Below, in pieces: positions 51,164 through 64,000 of a stretch of DNA of 64,000 nt; the stretch's first letter is position 1, and each line of letters opens with the position of its first letter. Made by a program: the position numbers and the translations under genes. The notes beneath the pieces were generated by a model. That model saw only the letters and a program-made list of their open reading frames with translations. It made no database searches and had not been told where the DNA came from. Origin of the DNA: Octopus sinensis (taxonomy: Eukaryota); the NCBI RefSeq assembly GCF_006345805.1, contig NC_043001.1, positions 47,244,001-47,308,000 on the forward strand, in the 5' to 3' direction.

Positions 51164-51696
51164 TGTTTCTTTATTAGCCACACAGGGCTGCACACAGACA
51201 GAACAAATTACAAGGTAGAGCTTTTCTTTTGGGGGTAAAAAAAAGGGGGTTGGTTTTCGATCAAAAGGGATCGTAAAAGGAAAGAAAGAGGACAAAAAAA
51301 GGGGAGGATTTAAAAAAAAAGGGGGGGAGAGAAAAAAAAAGAAAAGGGGAGAGGAAAAAAAAGTTGATCAATAAGGATCGTAATCACAGAAATGTCAATA
51401 TGAAGTGTAAAGGGGAGGACAGGTGAGGTTTACCCGTGGAAAGAAAAGCCTACGGAAAAGACCACGGTAACCTCGGTCAATGAAGTCACATGTTATATTT
51501 CTTTTTTTTTTTTGCAAATATATAGATTAATAGATAGATAGATAAATAAATAGATTGATTGATATGAAATACAAGTAAGAAAAAGGAGGATGAATTTTAC
51601 CTAACTTCTATTATTAATTAAAATTGTTTCTGTAGCATTCCGTTTCGAAAAATTGACACTACTTGTTTCTCTGTACATGTTGTACGTTTATATACA

Positions 51697-51853
51697 TACA
51701 GTGTGGCTTTGTGATAAGAAACTTGCTTCCCAAATACATGGTTCCTGGTTCAGTCCTAAAGAGTGGCACCTTTGGTAAGTCCTGTGCCGACCAATGCCTT
51801 GTGGGTGAATTTAGTAGATGGAAAATGAAAGAAAACCCATCATGTGTGTGTGT

Positions 51854-51897
<44 letters not shown>

Positions 51898-52190
51898 GTG
51901 TAAGTGTGTGCACGTGTTTGAGTGTAAATATATATGTGCGTGTTTGTGTGCTATGTGTATATGTATATATCTATGTGTGTTTTTGTGTATGTGTTTGTCT
52001 CCCATCTTTGTGTATGTGTTTAAGTCCCCGTAACTTAACGTTCGGCAAAAGAGACCGATAGAATAAGTACCAGGCTCAAATAAAATAAGTCCTGGGATCC
52101 ATTTGTTCGTCTAAAAGCCTTCAAGGTGATGCCTCAGTCAAATGACTCAGTCACGGCCGCAGTCAAATGACTTAAACAAGTAAAAGAAAA
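51697..52190 (+). mobile_element. SINE family B, full length
   Basis: Same modules; internal (TG)n-rich tract. Confidence 0.75.
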
Positions 52191-52262
52191 GGTACATGCA
52201 TACATACACGCATGCATACATACATACATACGTACATACGTATACATATGTATATATACATG

Positions 52263-52485
52263 TAGTAATCCCTCGACTATCGTGGGTGTTAAGTTCCAAA
52301 ACCTCCCGCAGTAGGTGAAAATCCGCGAAGTAGAAATAGTGCTGTTCTGTATATTTTTTTTTATTATTCTTATAATTTGTATATATTTATTTTATTATGA
52401 AAACAAAGCAACACCGCAGAGGAATGGACGTAAACTTAAATAATAAACCACGATAGGTGAACCGCGATATGGTGGGGGATTACTG
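52263..52485. mobile_element. Tigger/pogo-type MITE
   Basis: Termini TAGTAATCCCTCG and GGGGATTACTG|TA; subterminal AGGTGAAAATCCGCGA and AGGTGAACCGCGA. Confidence 0.7.
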
Positions 52486-52514
52486 TATGTGTGTGTATGT
52501 GTGTAAATGTGTAT

Positions 52515-52822
52515 GTGTGTGTGTGTTGTTTCTTTTCGAGCCATGCCTGGCTCATAAGGGTCGGTTTCCCAGTTTCCATGGCGTATAGGTTCCCCACATG
52601 GATGGAACACCGATCCGTCGCAGGTGAGCTGCTAGATGCAGGAGGAAAGAGTGAGAGAAAGTTGTGGCGGAAGAGTCAGCAGAAGTTCGCCATTACCTTC
52701 TGCCGGTGCCGCGTGGAGCTTAGGTGTTTCGCTCATAAACACACACACCGCCCGGTCTGAGATTCGAACCCGCGATCCCTCGACCGCGAGTCCGCTGCTC
52801 TAACCACTAGGCCCTGTGCCTC

Positions 52823-52825
<3 letters not shown>
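52515..52825 (-). mobile_element. tRNA-headed SINE family C, full length (partial plus copy at 55905-56045)
   Basis: Minus strand GTGGAGGCACAGGGCCTAGTGGTTAGAGC...GGTTCGAATCTC head; body AGCGAAACACCTAAGCTCCAC...GAACTTCTGCTGACTC shared with 55905-56045. Confidence 0.85.
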
Positions 52826-52876
<51 letters not shown>

Positions 52877-53470
52877 GGTGTGCTTATTGCAATTGGTGTA
52901 CAATAGCATTGTCCGCGTAGCCAATTATCAGTTCACGGCAATGCTAGTGGCGAGAAGGACCTGGGAATAGTTTGAATTCTTGCTGTACCATACGTTTCAC
53001 TGAGATAACATCTACGTCATTGGTTGGTCTGCTAGAAATAGTAGCAACATTTGCCTGATACCTGACTGCTTTCGTATAAACGCCCAGTTTTTTTTAGATA
53101 ACGTAATAGTAAGAACATTATGTAATTATGCATGAGAGGAAAAAAAATCGTCACCGCTGCAGTGCCGTAAATCATGTTTCTTGTATGATCTGCGACAAAG
53201 GAAAGCAACAGTCACAACACACTCAATACACATACCCGTTTTGGTGTAAATATGTGTATGTATGCGCGCACATGTGTGTGTGTGCGCGCGCGCGCGCGCT
53301 TGTGTGTGTGTGTGTGGTGTGTGTGTGTGTGCGTGTGTGCGTGTGTGCGTGCGTGTTCTATGCGAATGTTATATGCATGATGTTTATGCAAATATACTTG
53401 TATCGTAAATGAAGTGGTTTCAACCATGCGGCAGAGTGTGGGACAGAATAAATATGTCAGATTGAAAACT

Positions 53471-53538
<68 letters not shown>

Positions 53539-54464
53539 GAAGTTGATAACTGTTTATTATTAACTGCAAATTAAGTGAAGATGATTAATTTGCGGTTAAT
53601 AATAAACAATTATTACCTCCCCAATCTCCATTTTATTTTTATTTTTTTATAGATATAACTAAGGAAATTAATTCCCCCAAAATACTAGGTATTGAAGCAG
53701 TATTTCTTTCGATGAAATCATACCTTCATGAGGTTAACACTACTTCTAATCGGATACACACACACACACATATACACAGATGTATGTATTTCTGTTTGTA
53801 TGTGCATATATGTATAAATATGTGTGTGTGTGTATCTATATATCTATCTATCTATATATATATATACGTGCACACACACTCACAGACACACACATATGTA
53901 TGTATGTTTATATGTTTCACGATAAAGTCAGAAAAGAAGTGAGAAAAACAAAACTAAAACGAAAACAGTTTTTTTAAAAAGAATCTATTTCGTCTTTGGC
54001 ACTGTATCACAGAATAAATAACTACAAAAATATAATATCTAGGGAAGAAATTTATCTGTGAAATTACTATGGAACCTGTTAAAATTTGACCCTGAGAATC
54101 ATCAAACGTATTGATTTATTATCGGAAAAGAAAAACATTATGATTGGATTGGAATGACCGAAGATTTCTCGAGTCTTTGATGTCCGTAAACAGTTTGAGA
54201 GTGTCACGTGTTCTACAGTTTCTTTGAAGATTATTAGGTTTTTTGAGAAATTGTCATATGAGTCCAATTGGTCCTTTGAAACCTTCATGTGGAGTGAATT
54301 AGCAGAATCGTTAGAGCATAGGATAAAATCCTTTCTACTCTAAGCACAAGGCCTGAAATTTTAGAGGGGATGGGGGCTAGTCGATTACATCGACCCCAGT
54401 GCTCAGCTGGTACTTATTCTATTGACCCCGATAAGATTAATAATCATGATAATAATAATAATAA

Positions 54465-54687
54465 TAATTCTTTCTACTAAAGGCACAAGGCCTGAAATTT
54501 GTGGGGAGGGGATTAATCGAATACATCGACCCTAGTGTTTCACTGATACTTAATTTATCGATTCCGAAAGGATGTCCGAAAGGATGAAAGACAAAGTCGA
54601 CCTCGGCGGAATTTGAACGTGGCGACGGACGAAATACCGCTAAGCATTTCACCCAGCGTGCTAACGATTCTGCCAGCTCGCCGCCTT
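54465..54687 (-). mobile_element. SINE family A, tail type 2 with (AAT)n end
   Basis: Full body with a short internal duplication CCGAAAGGATG. Confidence 0.8.
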
Positions 54688-54715
54688 AAATAATAAAAAT
54701 AATAATAATAATAAT

Positions 54716-54920
54716 CAGACAAATACATAACAAAAACACCAGGACTTACAAACACACATAACATACAGAAAATTGCACTACTAGGCACTGCACACATCCT
54801 ACGCAGAACATTTTCCATACAGTAACCATCAAAGCATCACAACAAATCACAGCACATACCCAAGGCACACAGAGCTGCGCTCGGTAGTGAAGTGAAAGCA
54901 CGCTATAAAAAATAATATTA

Positions 54921-54925
<5 letters not shown>
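54716..54925 (+). mobile_element. R4/Dong-type LINE extreme 3' end
   Basis: KYITKTPGLTNTHNIQKIALLGTAHILRRTFSIQ* plus short UTR; (AAT)n on both sides. Confidence 0.7.
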
Positions 54926-54952
<27 letters not shown>

Positions 54953-55067
54953 GGAAAGAAACGACAATCTAGGGTGAATAATCCACAGGGAGTTAATATA
55001 GAAAGCTAGGATTTGAACATGAACCTATGGGATCTTTACACTCAGTCTGAGAGAATAATAGATGTTA

Positions 55068-55440
55068 GAAGGCCTGGTTTAGTAGTAGTTGACAAAGGGA
55101 ATAGAAAGTACCAGTAATTGACTTTACTGTCCCAAACGATGAGAAAGTCAACATGAGAGGTATAGAGAGAATAGCAAAGTACCAGAACGTAGCCACTGAG
55201 TTACAGAGGCTATTGAAAGTGTAGGTAAAAAGTATCCCTATAGTTATAGGTGCATTAGGAGCTATTCCTAAAGATTTGAACAGATCGATAGGCATAAAAT
55301 TTAGATTAGTGTAGCCCCTGAAAACAGTATTATTAGGGACAGCTAGGATATTTAGGAAGGTTCTCGGTATCTAAGGTTACTTGTTGTAGCCTGATGTTAG
55401 GAGTTTTTTTACCAAGAGTCTAATCTGTTGTGCGTAAATA
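55068..55440 (+). mobile_element. R4/Dong-type RLE fragment
   Basis: RPGLVVVDK...IDFTVPND...KYQ...IPIVIGALG...LLGTARIFRKVL. Confidence 0.75.
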
Positions 55441-57582
55441 ATTATTATCTTTTCTATTATAGGCACAAGGCCTGAAATTTTTGGGGATAAGTACTCAACT
55501 GGTACTTATTTTATCGACCCCGAAGGATGAAAGGCAAAGTCGACCTCAGGGGAATTTGAACCTAGAACGTAAGGCTGGACGAAATTCCCTTAAACATTTG
55601 TCCGGCTCTGTAGCGATTCTTCCAGCTCACCACATCAGGGTGTTGGGCAAAATGCTTTGTGGTATTTGATTATGTCTGTTTAGGCTCAGTATTCGAAATT
55701 CTTCCGGAGCCAACTTTGCCTTTCATCCTTCTGAGTGGTCGATAAAAATACAGCGCAGTAGAATTATAGGATTTAATCGATTATTCTCCTTCTCTGAAAT
55801 GGTCGATCAGCTTGCTAGAGATAGCAATCAAATCTCCTCCAAATTCCACTTTACCGTAGTTAAAATAATGCAATCCTAGATTATATTAAATCTGAAAAAA
55901 TGTCGATGGGATCGCGGGTTCGAATTTCAGACCAGGCCATGTGTGTGTTTATGAGCGAAACACCTAAGCTTCACACGGCTCCGGCAGAAGGTAATGGCGA
56001 ACTTCTGCTGACTCTTTCGCCACAACTTTCTCTCACTCTTTGTCATAGATCTACCTGAAGTTAAACAACAGCAACAGCGACAACAAAGTTGCTGTGAAGA
56101 AGGATGATACATGACTGTGCAAGTTAAGAAGTTTGCATTGCAGCCATGTGTTTCTGGGTTCGATTCTACTGCGTAGCACCTTTACCTTGTGTCTTCTACA
56201 GCTACTTTGAGTTCACGTTTTATAAATGCAAATTGGTTGATAGTGTGTGGAAGCGCCGGATAAGATCGTGTTTCCGCAAACTAGGTTCATTCATTGAACG
56301 TAAGCAAGAACTTCAACGACCGGAATGCAAATGAAAGAGGTTCAAATTTGCACCGCGCGAGTGAAATTAGAAACCGCGGGGTGCAAAGAAAGGGTTAAAA
56401 TTTCACAGAATTTTATGCATCAAAGAAGAGTGAAATTAAAAACCTCAAGGCGTAAAGAACATTTCCAAGCCTCACAGAATTCAAAATACATATTTTATAC
56501 ATAGAAAAACTATTACAAGTTCATTAGCAAACACAAATTTAGCCTAATTTATGAATTCTGGTATTTTTTTATTTTGGTGCAAAAATGTTTAGAAACCTTC
56601 ATAATGTTGTTCTATTGAGTAAAAGATTTTGATTATGTCTTTGATTTCATTCCATATTTAAGGCTGTTGGAAGTAAAACCCTGAAATAGAGCATATTTCA
56701 TTATGTTAATGACTGGGGAATTGGTAAACTCGTTAAAAGGTTGGATAAATTATTTTGCGGTATTTTTTCCAACTTTTTATTTTGCGCTCTGAATTCCAGT
56801 TTCATCTCCTGTGGTTATTAAAATATCAATCATGTACTGCAGTTGATGGTATCAACTGCTCTCCCTCCCTTCAAAAATTGCCAGCCATTATGCTAAATAT
56901 TTAAAGATCTCGATTTGAAGTCTAAGAGCGTGATTTACGGGAGTTTGGGCTCCTTCTTCTAATAGTTAGAACGACAAAACAGTCACTGACTCTCCCACTC
57001 TACCAGATTAGCTCGAATACTGTTGCTTGGGTCTCTTTAATCGACGCTACCATTCATTTCTTTGTGATTTTTTATTCCTGCTTCCAAAGCAGGAAATCGA
57101 TATACATAGAATCTAATGACCTTCTGACTCGTCAAACAGAAAGAAAGAAACGTCAATACCAATATGATATTCGCCTTTGTGAAGTCTCACGAACTGCACC
57201 TAAACATACAGCATCAGGTTTTTGATTTATTTGCTGCCCAAATCTTGACTTTAAGGTCAGCAGACATCCTTTAAAAAGTTAGTCTTTATCTTAAACGTTT
57301 GAAATGTATTCTTTGTTCACTAAGTACAGTGCTTTGCTCCATACCTCACTACACCACACCATTTTGGATCATAGCATACCATGCTATACCATGTTCACCC
57401 CTATACTATACCACACCGACCAATATCGTAACACCCTCACACTGTATTTCAATACACCGTTCCACCCATACCACGACGCAACACATCACAAGTGTCAAGT
57501 ACTGAAATTATCAAGACCCAATAAATGTGATACTCAAGAAGGCGCAGCTAAAAGCACTGCTTTTGCTGTTTTCACACACACA

Positions 57583-57663
<81 letters not shown>

Positions 57664-57949
57664 ACACGCAGACACTCTTTCTTTACCTCTTTCTCTCTCC
57701 CTCTCTCTCTCACACACAAACACACATAAAACATGTATATATACATAGAAACATATTTGTAGGTACGTATGCCTGTATGTATTATGTATATATGTATGTC
57801 TGTATGTGTTTGTATGTATGTATATATCTGTTTATCTATCTCTATATTAAATACTTACATACGTACATACATATATGCATACAAGTATTCACACATGCTG
57901 AATACGAGCACACATATATACACATACTTATATAGTCACACACACACAT

Positions 57950-57993
<44 letters not shown>

Positions 57994-58271
57994 CACACAC
58001 ACACACACGCATGCACACACTGGTACGTTCCTTCAAGGCCAGAAGATATTTAAAAACACGGCAACTGCAAGTAAAATTCACAATGAAGTATTACTTCCAC
58101 ATCTACTGCGGTGCTGTTACTGCACAAATACACATCCTGACCTGCATCCAAAGAAGGGTGACACGCTCCAACTTCTAGCCAACAGGCGTGCTGTCTTCTC
58201 CTCTGTCCTTTTTTTTATTCGTCACTATAATGTTCTGTGTCTCTTAGAGCTATTTAGTAAAGTAAGGATAC

Positions 58272-58528
58272 CGTCTTGTGTCATGCCAACCCATAAGGAC
58301 CGGTTTCCCAGTTTGCATGGTGAATATATTCCTCCACCTGGAGGGTATGCCGGTCCGTTGGAGGATTACTCCTTTTTACCAGCTGAGTGGACTGGAGCAA
58401 CGTGAAATGAGCAACGTGACATGAAGTGTTTTGCTCAAGAACACAACATATCCCCCGGCCCAGGAATCGAAACCACAATCTTATGATCATGACTCCAACA
58501 CCCTAACCACTAAACCACGCGCCTCCAC
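58272..58528 (-). mobile_element. tRNA-headed SINE (family D core, family C-like tail)
   Basis: GTGGAGGCGCGTGGTTTAGTGGTTAGGG...GGTTTCGATTCC; core GTTGCTCCAGTCCACTCAGCTG; tail GAAACTGGGAAACCGG. Confidence 0.75.
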
Positions 58529-58617
58529 TCTTAGAGTGGTTTGGTCTTCTATGTCTTTCATTTAGGCAATATCGAGCCACTCGCTTCTTTCTTTACCTAA
58601 CAGTGATAGATAGATAG

Positions 58618-58692
<75 letters not shown>

Positions 58693-59982
58693 CACACATA
58701 CACATGTGTGTGTGTGAGTATGTGCAACATAGAAGTAGTACTCGCTCTTTCCCGGATTTATATCTAAAACAATTACAGTCATATAAATTTATTATATTTT
58801 AGATAAATCTTTGTCAATAAAAGTTCTACTCAGAATTATTTCAGAAGAGGACTCAAGTTGTGTCCCAGAAATAAGATAAAGAACCTATACAATCTAAAAG
58901 ACAGATAACCGATGACCTTTTCCTCGATATAATGTTCTCTTTCAAATAATTTTAGTTATCTAGTGGCCTCGGACATGCAACACACATTCATACTGACGCA
59001 CATCCCTAATTTCATCTTTACATAAAACAAAGTAAACAAATAACCGCACACACACACACACATAATACAACACACTCACACACATACTAATACAGACATA
59101 TTCATACACACACGCACTCATACACAGACGCACTCATATAAACAAACACACTATGCACACACGTTTTCATGTTCAATGAATACTCTATGTTCCATCAAAA
59201 CTTATCAGTTCGTTTCTTGTTTTGAATTCTTTTAAACATGTTTTCGTTATCCTCCCCTCCTCCGCCTTCCTACGTTTTCTCACTACTACTATCGCAACTG
59301 CTTCAATTCACTCTAGTCATTCAACCTTATCACATCCATCACCACCACCACCACCAATACCAACACAACAACAACAACATTTCTTTCCTGATTAGGAAAT
59401 AACATTATGACGTTGATGGTCAGCTTTAAGTTTTGCTCGTTGATGGCTGTATGCAAACCGTTATCAAAACGGAATATGAAAGAATTGAAACCAGTGATAG
59501 AAATGGGGGGGGGGCGTCACGTAGGGGTCGAGTGTCCCTCTATTTTGCAGCTCACGGGGTTTGGGGGGGAGTTTATAAGGTCTATCCTTCCCCACCAGAA
59601 ATCCTTTCCAAACCCAGCCTCACGAACCTTAGCGTGCCCTTACTACCTAAAAAACAACAACATTTCAACCACTAACTGACCTTGTGGGGAGTAAAGAAAG
59701 ATGAAGTAAAGCGAAGATTTAGACAGAATAGGGTCATCCTGGGAAGAAGAGACAGTAACAAATGAGAGCTGGCTTGGATTCTTGCAACACTCAGCTTATT
59801 ATTTCAGAGGAGGGCATGCCATTGTAAATGTAGTTGATGACACAGAGAGAAGAAACAACAGGTATCTGGCCTAATGGCTGTATTGCATACAGCATTTCTT
59901 GTATGTCATTGTATGTCCATAGCATAGCAGTAGTGATTGCTCTTGTTGTAAATAAACGAAGTATTAGTGTTAAGACCTGACT

Positions 59983-60120
59983 AAGGTGGCGAGCTGGTAG
60001 AATCATAAGCGGATTTTTCTTCCGGCATTACTTTCTGAGTTCAAATTTCGCCGAGGTCAATTATGTCTTTCATCTTTTCAGGGTCGATAAAATAACGTAC
60101 CAGCCAAGTACTGTGGTCGA
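59983..60120 (+). mobile_element. SINE family A, partial
   Basis: AAGGTGGCGAGCTGGTAGAATC...GAGTTCAAATTTCGCCGAGGTC. Confidence 0.7.
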
Positions 60121-60149
60121 TGAAGTATAACATCTATAAAGTATAACTT

Positions 60150-60820
60150 TTGACACCCAGAAATGCAGACTCTGTGGAAAGAGTGTGGAAAATGTGACCC
60201 ATTTGGTAAGAGGATGTGAGAACCTTGCACAAAAAGAATACAAGCGCCGCCACGATAAAGTGTGTGTGTGTGTGTCTTCATTGACTCTTATGCCGCAAAT
60301 ACTAATATGAAGTAACAGAGAACTGGTATGAGCATGTACCAAGTAAAGTTATGCAGGAGGATGGAAAAGTAACGATACTCTGGAACTATGATTTTCAGAC
60401 GGATCGTCTAATCGAACACCGTCGACCGGATATTGTCATATTGAATAAGAGAGACAAATACTGTCAGATCATTGATGTAGCCATATAAAATGACATGAAT
60501 GTTGTGAGTAAAGAGGTTGAAAAAATCACCTAGTACTTCGAATTCAAAGTGGAAATAGCAAGACTGTATGGGATGCGAGAGGGTAATGTAAAAGTGATAC
60601 CAGTGGTGATCGGAGCGTGGGGCCCAATCCCATTGAAACTTCAAAACTTTTTAAGGCAACTGGAAATCCCATGCAAGATTGATGTCTTGCAAAAAGCAGC
60701 CTTATTGGGCACAGTGAACATCTTAAAGAAAGTATTATCTATCTGCGGTCCTTGTTGAGTGTGACTTGACAGATGACTAAAAACACCGGTGCATTTTTAC
60801 CTACCCTGTGTTACGAAGGA
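60150..60820 (+). mobile_element. 5'-truncated R4/Dong-type LINE (zinc knuckle plus RLE, 3' UTR)
   Basis: KCRLCGKSVENVTHLVRGC...RRHDKV...ILWNYDFQTDRLIEHRRPDIVI...IIDVAI...VIPVVIGAWG...LQKAALLGT; ends in (AAT)n. Confidence 0.85.
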
Positions 60821-60829
60821 ATGATGATG

Positions 60830-60900
<71 letters not shown>

Positions 60901-60910
60901 TATTATTATT
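60821..60910. repeat. (AAT)n microsatellite separating two R4/Dong-type elements
   Basis: Direct inspection. Confidence 0.98.
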
Positions 60911-63900
60911 AAATAGATTTCTATCTTACACGCATACTTCACAGCAGTACTCTACCCAAAAAATGAAAATACAACAACACATACATATAAAATATGGAAA
61001 GAAAATAATAGAGATATAGACTTGGATACAGCAATGAACCCTAATAAATTAGCTAACGTACGAAGATACATTCTCAACACAAAAAAAATATCAGAAATAG
61101 AAATAGAACACCTAAAAGAAAACATACACCAGGAAAATGTAGATAGAAGCCACACAACAATGCCAATAATATAAACACTGAAACTGTAAAACACGAAGAC
61201 AAACGCAACATTCCCAACAAACACGATGTAAACAACGAAGGGGAGCCTAATGATTATGATAATATAAAAAATAAAATAATCAAAGAACTGAAAACCACAG
61301 AGCTCAAAATGGACCACCGACCATACCTCCCAAGAATCAAAATAAACAAAATAACAACACCTATTATAAACAGCATAAACCTAGCCGTCACTGAACTGAT
61401 AGCCACTGAATAAAAAAAAAGTGATGTCACTGAGCTAAATAACCTAATATACGCAGCAGCCACTGCAGCCACAAAAGAAGCTGGATACTCACCCAAACCC
61501 GCCCAAACAGGAGTACCACCACCCAAACAAACCCTGTGGATAAATATCATCCAAAGCAAAATAAAAAAAATTAGAAAAGACCTGTCGATTCTTAATGAAA
61601 TCAGCAAACAATCAACGCTACTGAGCAACAAAAAGAGAACAAAAATACTCCGCAAATATAACATCACAGAGAGAGATTTGCCTGAAATAAAAGAAAAGCT
61701 GAAGCAAGATATCCTTGCCAAAGCACAAAGGATCCGCCGGTACAAGAAACGCCAACGCTTTTTTGAAGAAAACAAAAAGTTCAACTCTAACCCCAAAAAG
61801 TTCTACCAAGAACTGGGAAAAAATAAAATAGAAGTCACTGCAGCACCAACGGCAGAAGAATTGGAAGAATTCTGGGGAGAAATATGGTCGGCGAACGAAC
61901 CACCAAAAAAAAAGGAGTATCAGAATAACAAACTCGGCATCTGAACAACTTTGGACCCCCATAACAACTGAAGAGGTCACCCAGGCACTGCAAAGACTAA
62001 GCAACTGGAAGGCACCTGGGCATGACAAGATCCCCAACTTCTGGTTGAAATATCTAACAGGAATGCACAAAAAGCTGGCTGAAAACTTTAACAAAGTACT
62101 AGTAGAGCCAGAGACAATGCCTGAATGGCTCACGAAGGGGAAAACCATCTTAATTCCCAAATCAAATGAAACAGAAAAACCAGAAAACTACAGACCAATA
62201 ACCTGCCTCCCTACTATGTTCAAGGCATTTACTGCAGTGATACCACAAAGGCTGAACAAGCACCTGGACGAAAACAAACTGTTCCCAGAAGAGCAGAAAG
62301 GATGCCGCAAAGGCTCATATGGCTGCAAAGATCAACTAATGATTAATAAAGCCATAACTGAAGACAGCCACAGAAAGAAGAAAGGCCTCAGTATGGCCTG
62401 GATTGACTACAAAAAGGCGTTTGATAGCATCCCCCACACATGGATCCTCGAAACACTAGCCATTAACAAAGTAGCACCAACAATCATAAAATTCATAGAG
62501 CACTCTATGAATAAATGGCAAACAGTCCTACACCTCCAAACAAAAGAGGGACTCATGAAAACCAAAGACATCCCCATTAGAAGAGGAATATTCCAGGGAG
62601 ACACGCTCTCTCCACTCCTTTTCTGCTTGGCACTGTCACCTCTATCTGATATGCTAAATAGAACTGGATGCGGATTTAAATGTTACGGCAAAACGATCAG
62701 CCACCTTTTATATATGGATGACCTAAAACTATACGCTGCAAATTACAAACAGCTGGAAACACTATTAAAGACAGTTCATGGATTTACCAAAGAAATAGAT
62801 ATGAAATTTGGATTAGAAAAATGCGCCAAAGTAACCCTGAAAAGAGGAAAACTAGTTAAGAGTAACAACATCACACTAGATAAAACCAATGAAATAAAAG
62901 AATTAGACCAAAGCCAAACTTACAAATACTTAGGAATCCATGAACTAGATAAGACACACACACACAAATGAAAGAGAAAATAAAAAAAGAATATTATAGA
63001 CGAGTTAGATCAATACTAAAAACAGAGCTCAATGCTAAAAACAAGATAATAGGTATCAACACTTTAGCTGTCCCAGTTATAAGTTACAGCTACAATATCC
63101 TTAACTGGACACGAAATGAACTGACCAAAATAGATAGGAAAACAAGAAAAATAATGACAGGATCTAGGATGCATCACCCAAAATCTGACATAGAAAGACT
63201 ATATATACAACGTATAGAAGGTGGTAGAGGCCTTATACAGCTGGAAAACTACTATAAAATAACCACCATAGGACTGCAAAAATATCTACTTCAGAAGGAA
63301 GGAAAACTGATCCAGATAGCGGCAAAACACGAGCAAAACAAAAAACTGTTCTCAGTATTTAAGGAAGCTGACAAATACAAACAAGAAATCATACCACCTA
63401 ATAAACATGAAGAAGAAGAAGAAGAAGATGAAGAAACAACAAAAGCTATAAAACAAATGAAATCCAAACTAAAAATAGAACAGCAACGAACCATGATAAA
63501 ACGATGGCAAGAAAAGCCCCTTCATGGTAAATACTGGACTAAACTAAACGCAAAAGAAATAGACAAAGAAAAATCCCAGCAATGGTTGAGAAGCTCAGGA
63601 CTCAAAGCAGAAACAGAGGGATTTTTAATTGCAGCACAAGACCAAAGCCTCCCCACCAGAAATTACCAAAAACATGTAATGAAAAGAAATATTACAAGTA
63701 ACTGCAGAATATGTGGAGATGGACAAGAAACAATAAATCATATTATCTCTAGCTGCCCAGTCTTGGCTAAGAAGGAATATATTCACAGACATGACAGAGT
63801 TGGAACCTACATACATTGGAAGCTATGCCAACATTATGGAATAACAACAGAAAAAGATGGTATAGGCACACACCAGAAAAGGTCACAGAAAACGAGAAAG

Positions 63901-64000
63901 CAACCATACTCTGGGATATGCCGATACACACAGATAGAGAAATTAAGGCCAACAGACCAGATATAGTTGTCAGAGATCATGAAGAAAAAAATGCTTTCTA
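60911..64000 (+). mobile_element. Young but frameshifted R4/Dong-type non-LTR retrotransposon (RT plus RLE), running off the window
   Basis: RT motifs YRPITCL, QKGCRKGSYGCKDQL, WIDYKKAFDS, IFQGDTLSPLLF, LLYMDDLKL (62045-62971); CRICGDGQETINHIISSC knuckle, RHDRV and RPDIV RLE motifs (62968-64000); a few frameshifts, one in a CA run near 62960. Confidence 0.93.

Noticed and set aside
56345-56400. piggyBac-like end (AAAGGGTTAA) with a subterminal inverted repeat
   Set aside because: No partner terminus found in the window.
60952-62160. Long minus-strand hydrophobic ORFs
   Set aside because: Antisense shadows of the A-rich R4/Dong ORF.

Overview
Eukaryotic, AT-rich, microsatellite-saturated non-coding DNA whose repeat complement resembles an octopod cephalopod genome (inference from the SINE families; no taxonomy was given). 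I found no supportable host protein-coding exon. Almost every ORF in the track is a translation of simple repeats, and the only real coding remnants belong to transposable elements: a CR1/L2-type LINE 3' end, an RTE 3' end, a decayed Tx1/L1-like LINE, the N-terminal part of a Penelope-like element (PLE), four R4/Dong-type RT-RLE pieces next to (AAT)n, and internally deleted mariner and Tc1 elements. There are dozens of tRNA-derived SINE copies, several MITEs, a damaged tRNA-Gly pair at the left edge and a 100-N gap. The most interesting signal is RNA-structural: hammerhead ribozyme (HHR) motifs recur in PLE-type terminal repeats. They include minimal dimer-type HHRs, an HHR inside a tRNA-headed SINE-like element, and two unrelated sequences with the three hammerhead strands in a non-circularly permuted (pseudoknotted) order with co-varying stems. 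Several sit in long fold-back palindromes clustered beside the PLE at 40.5-43.2 kb. All pairings were done by eye; no folding, alignment or database search was run.
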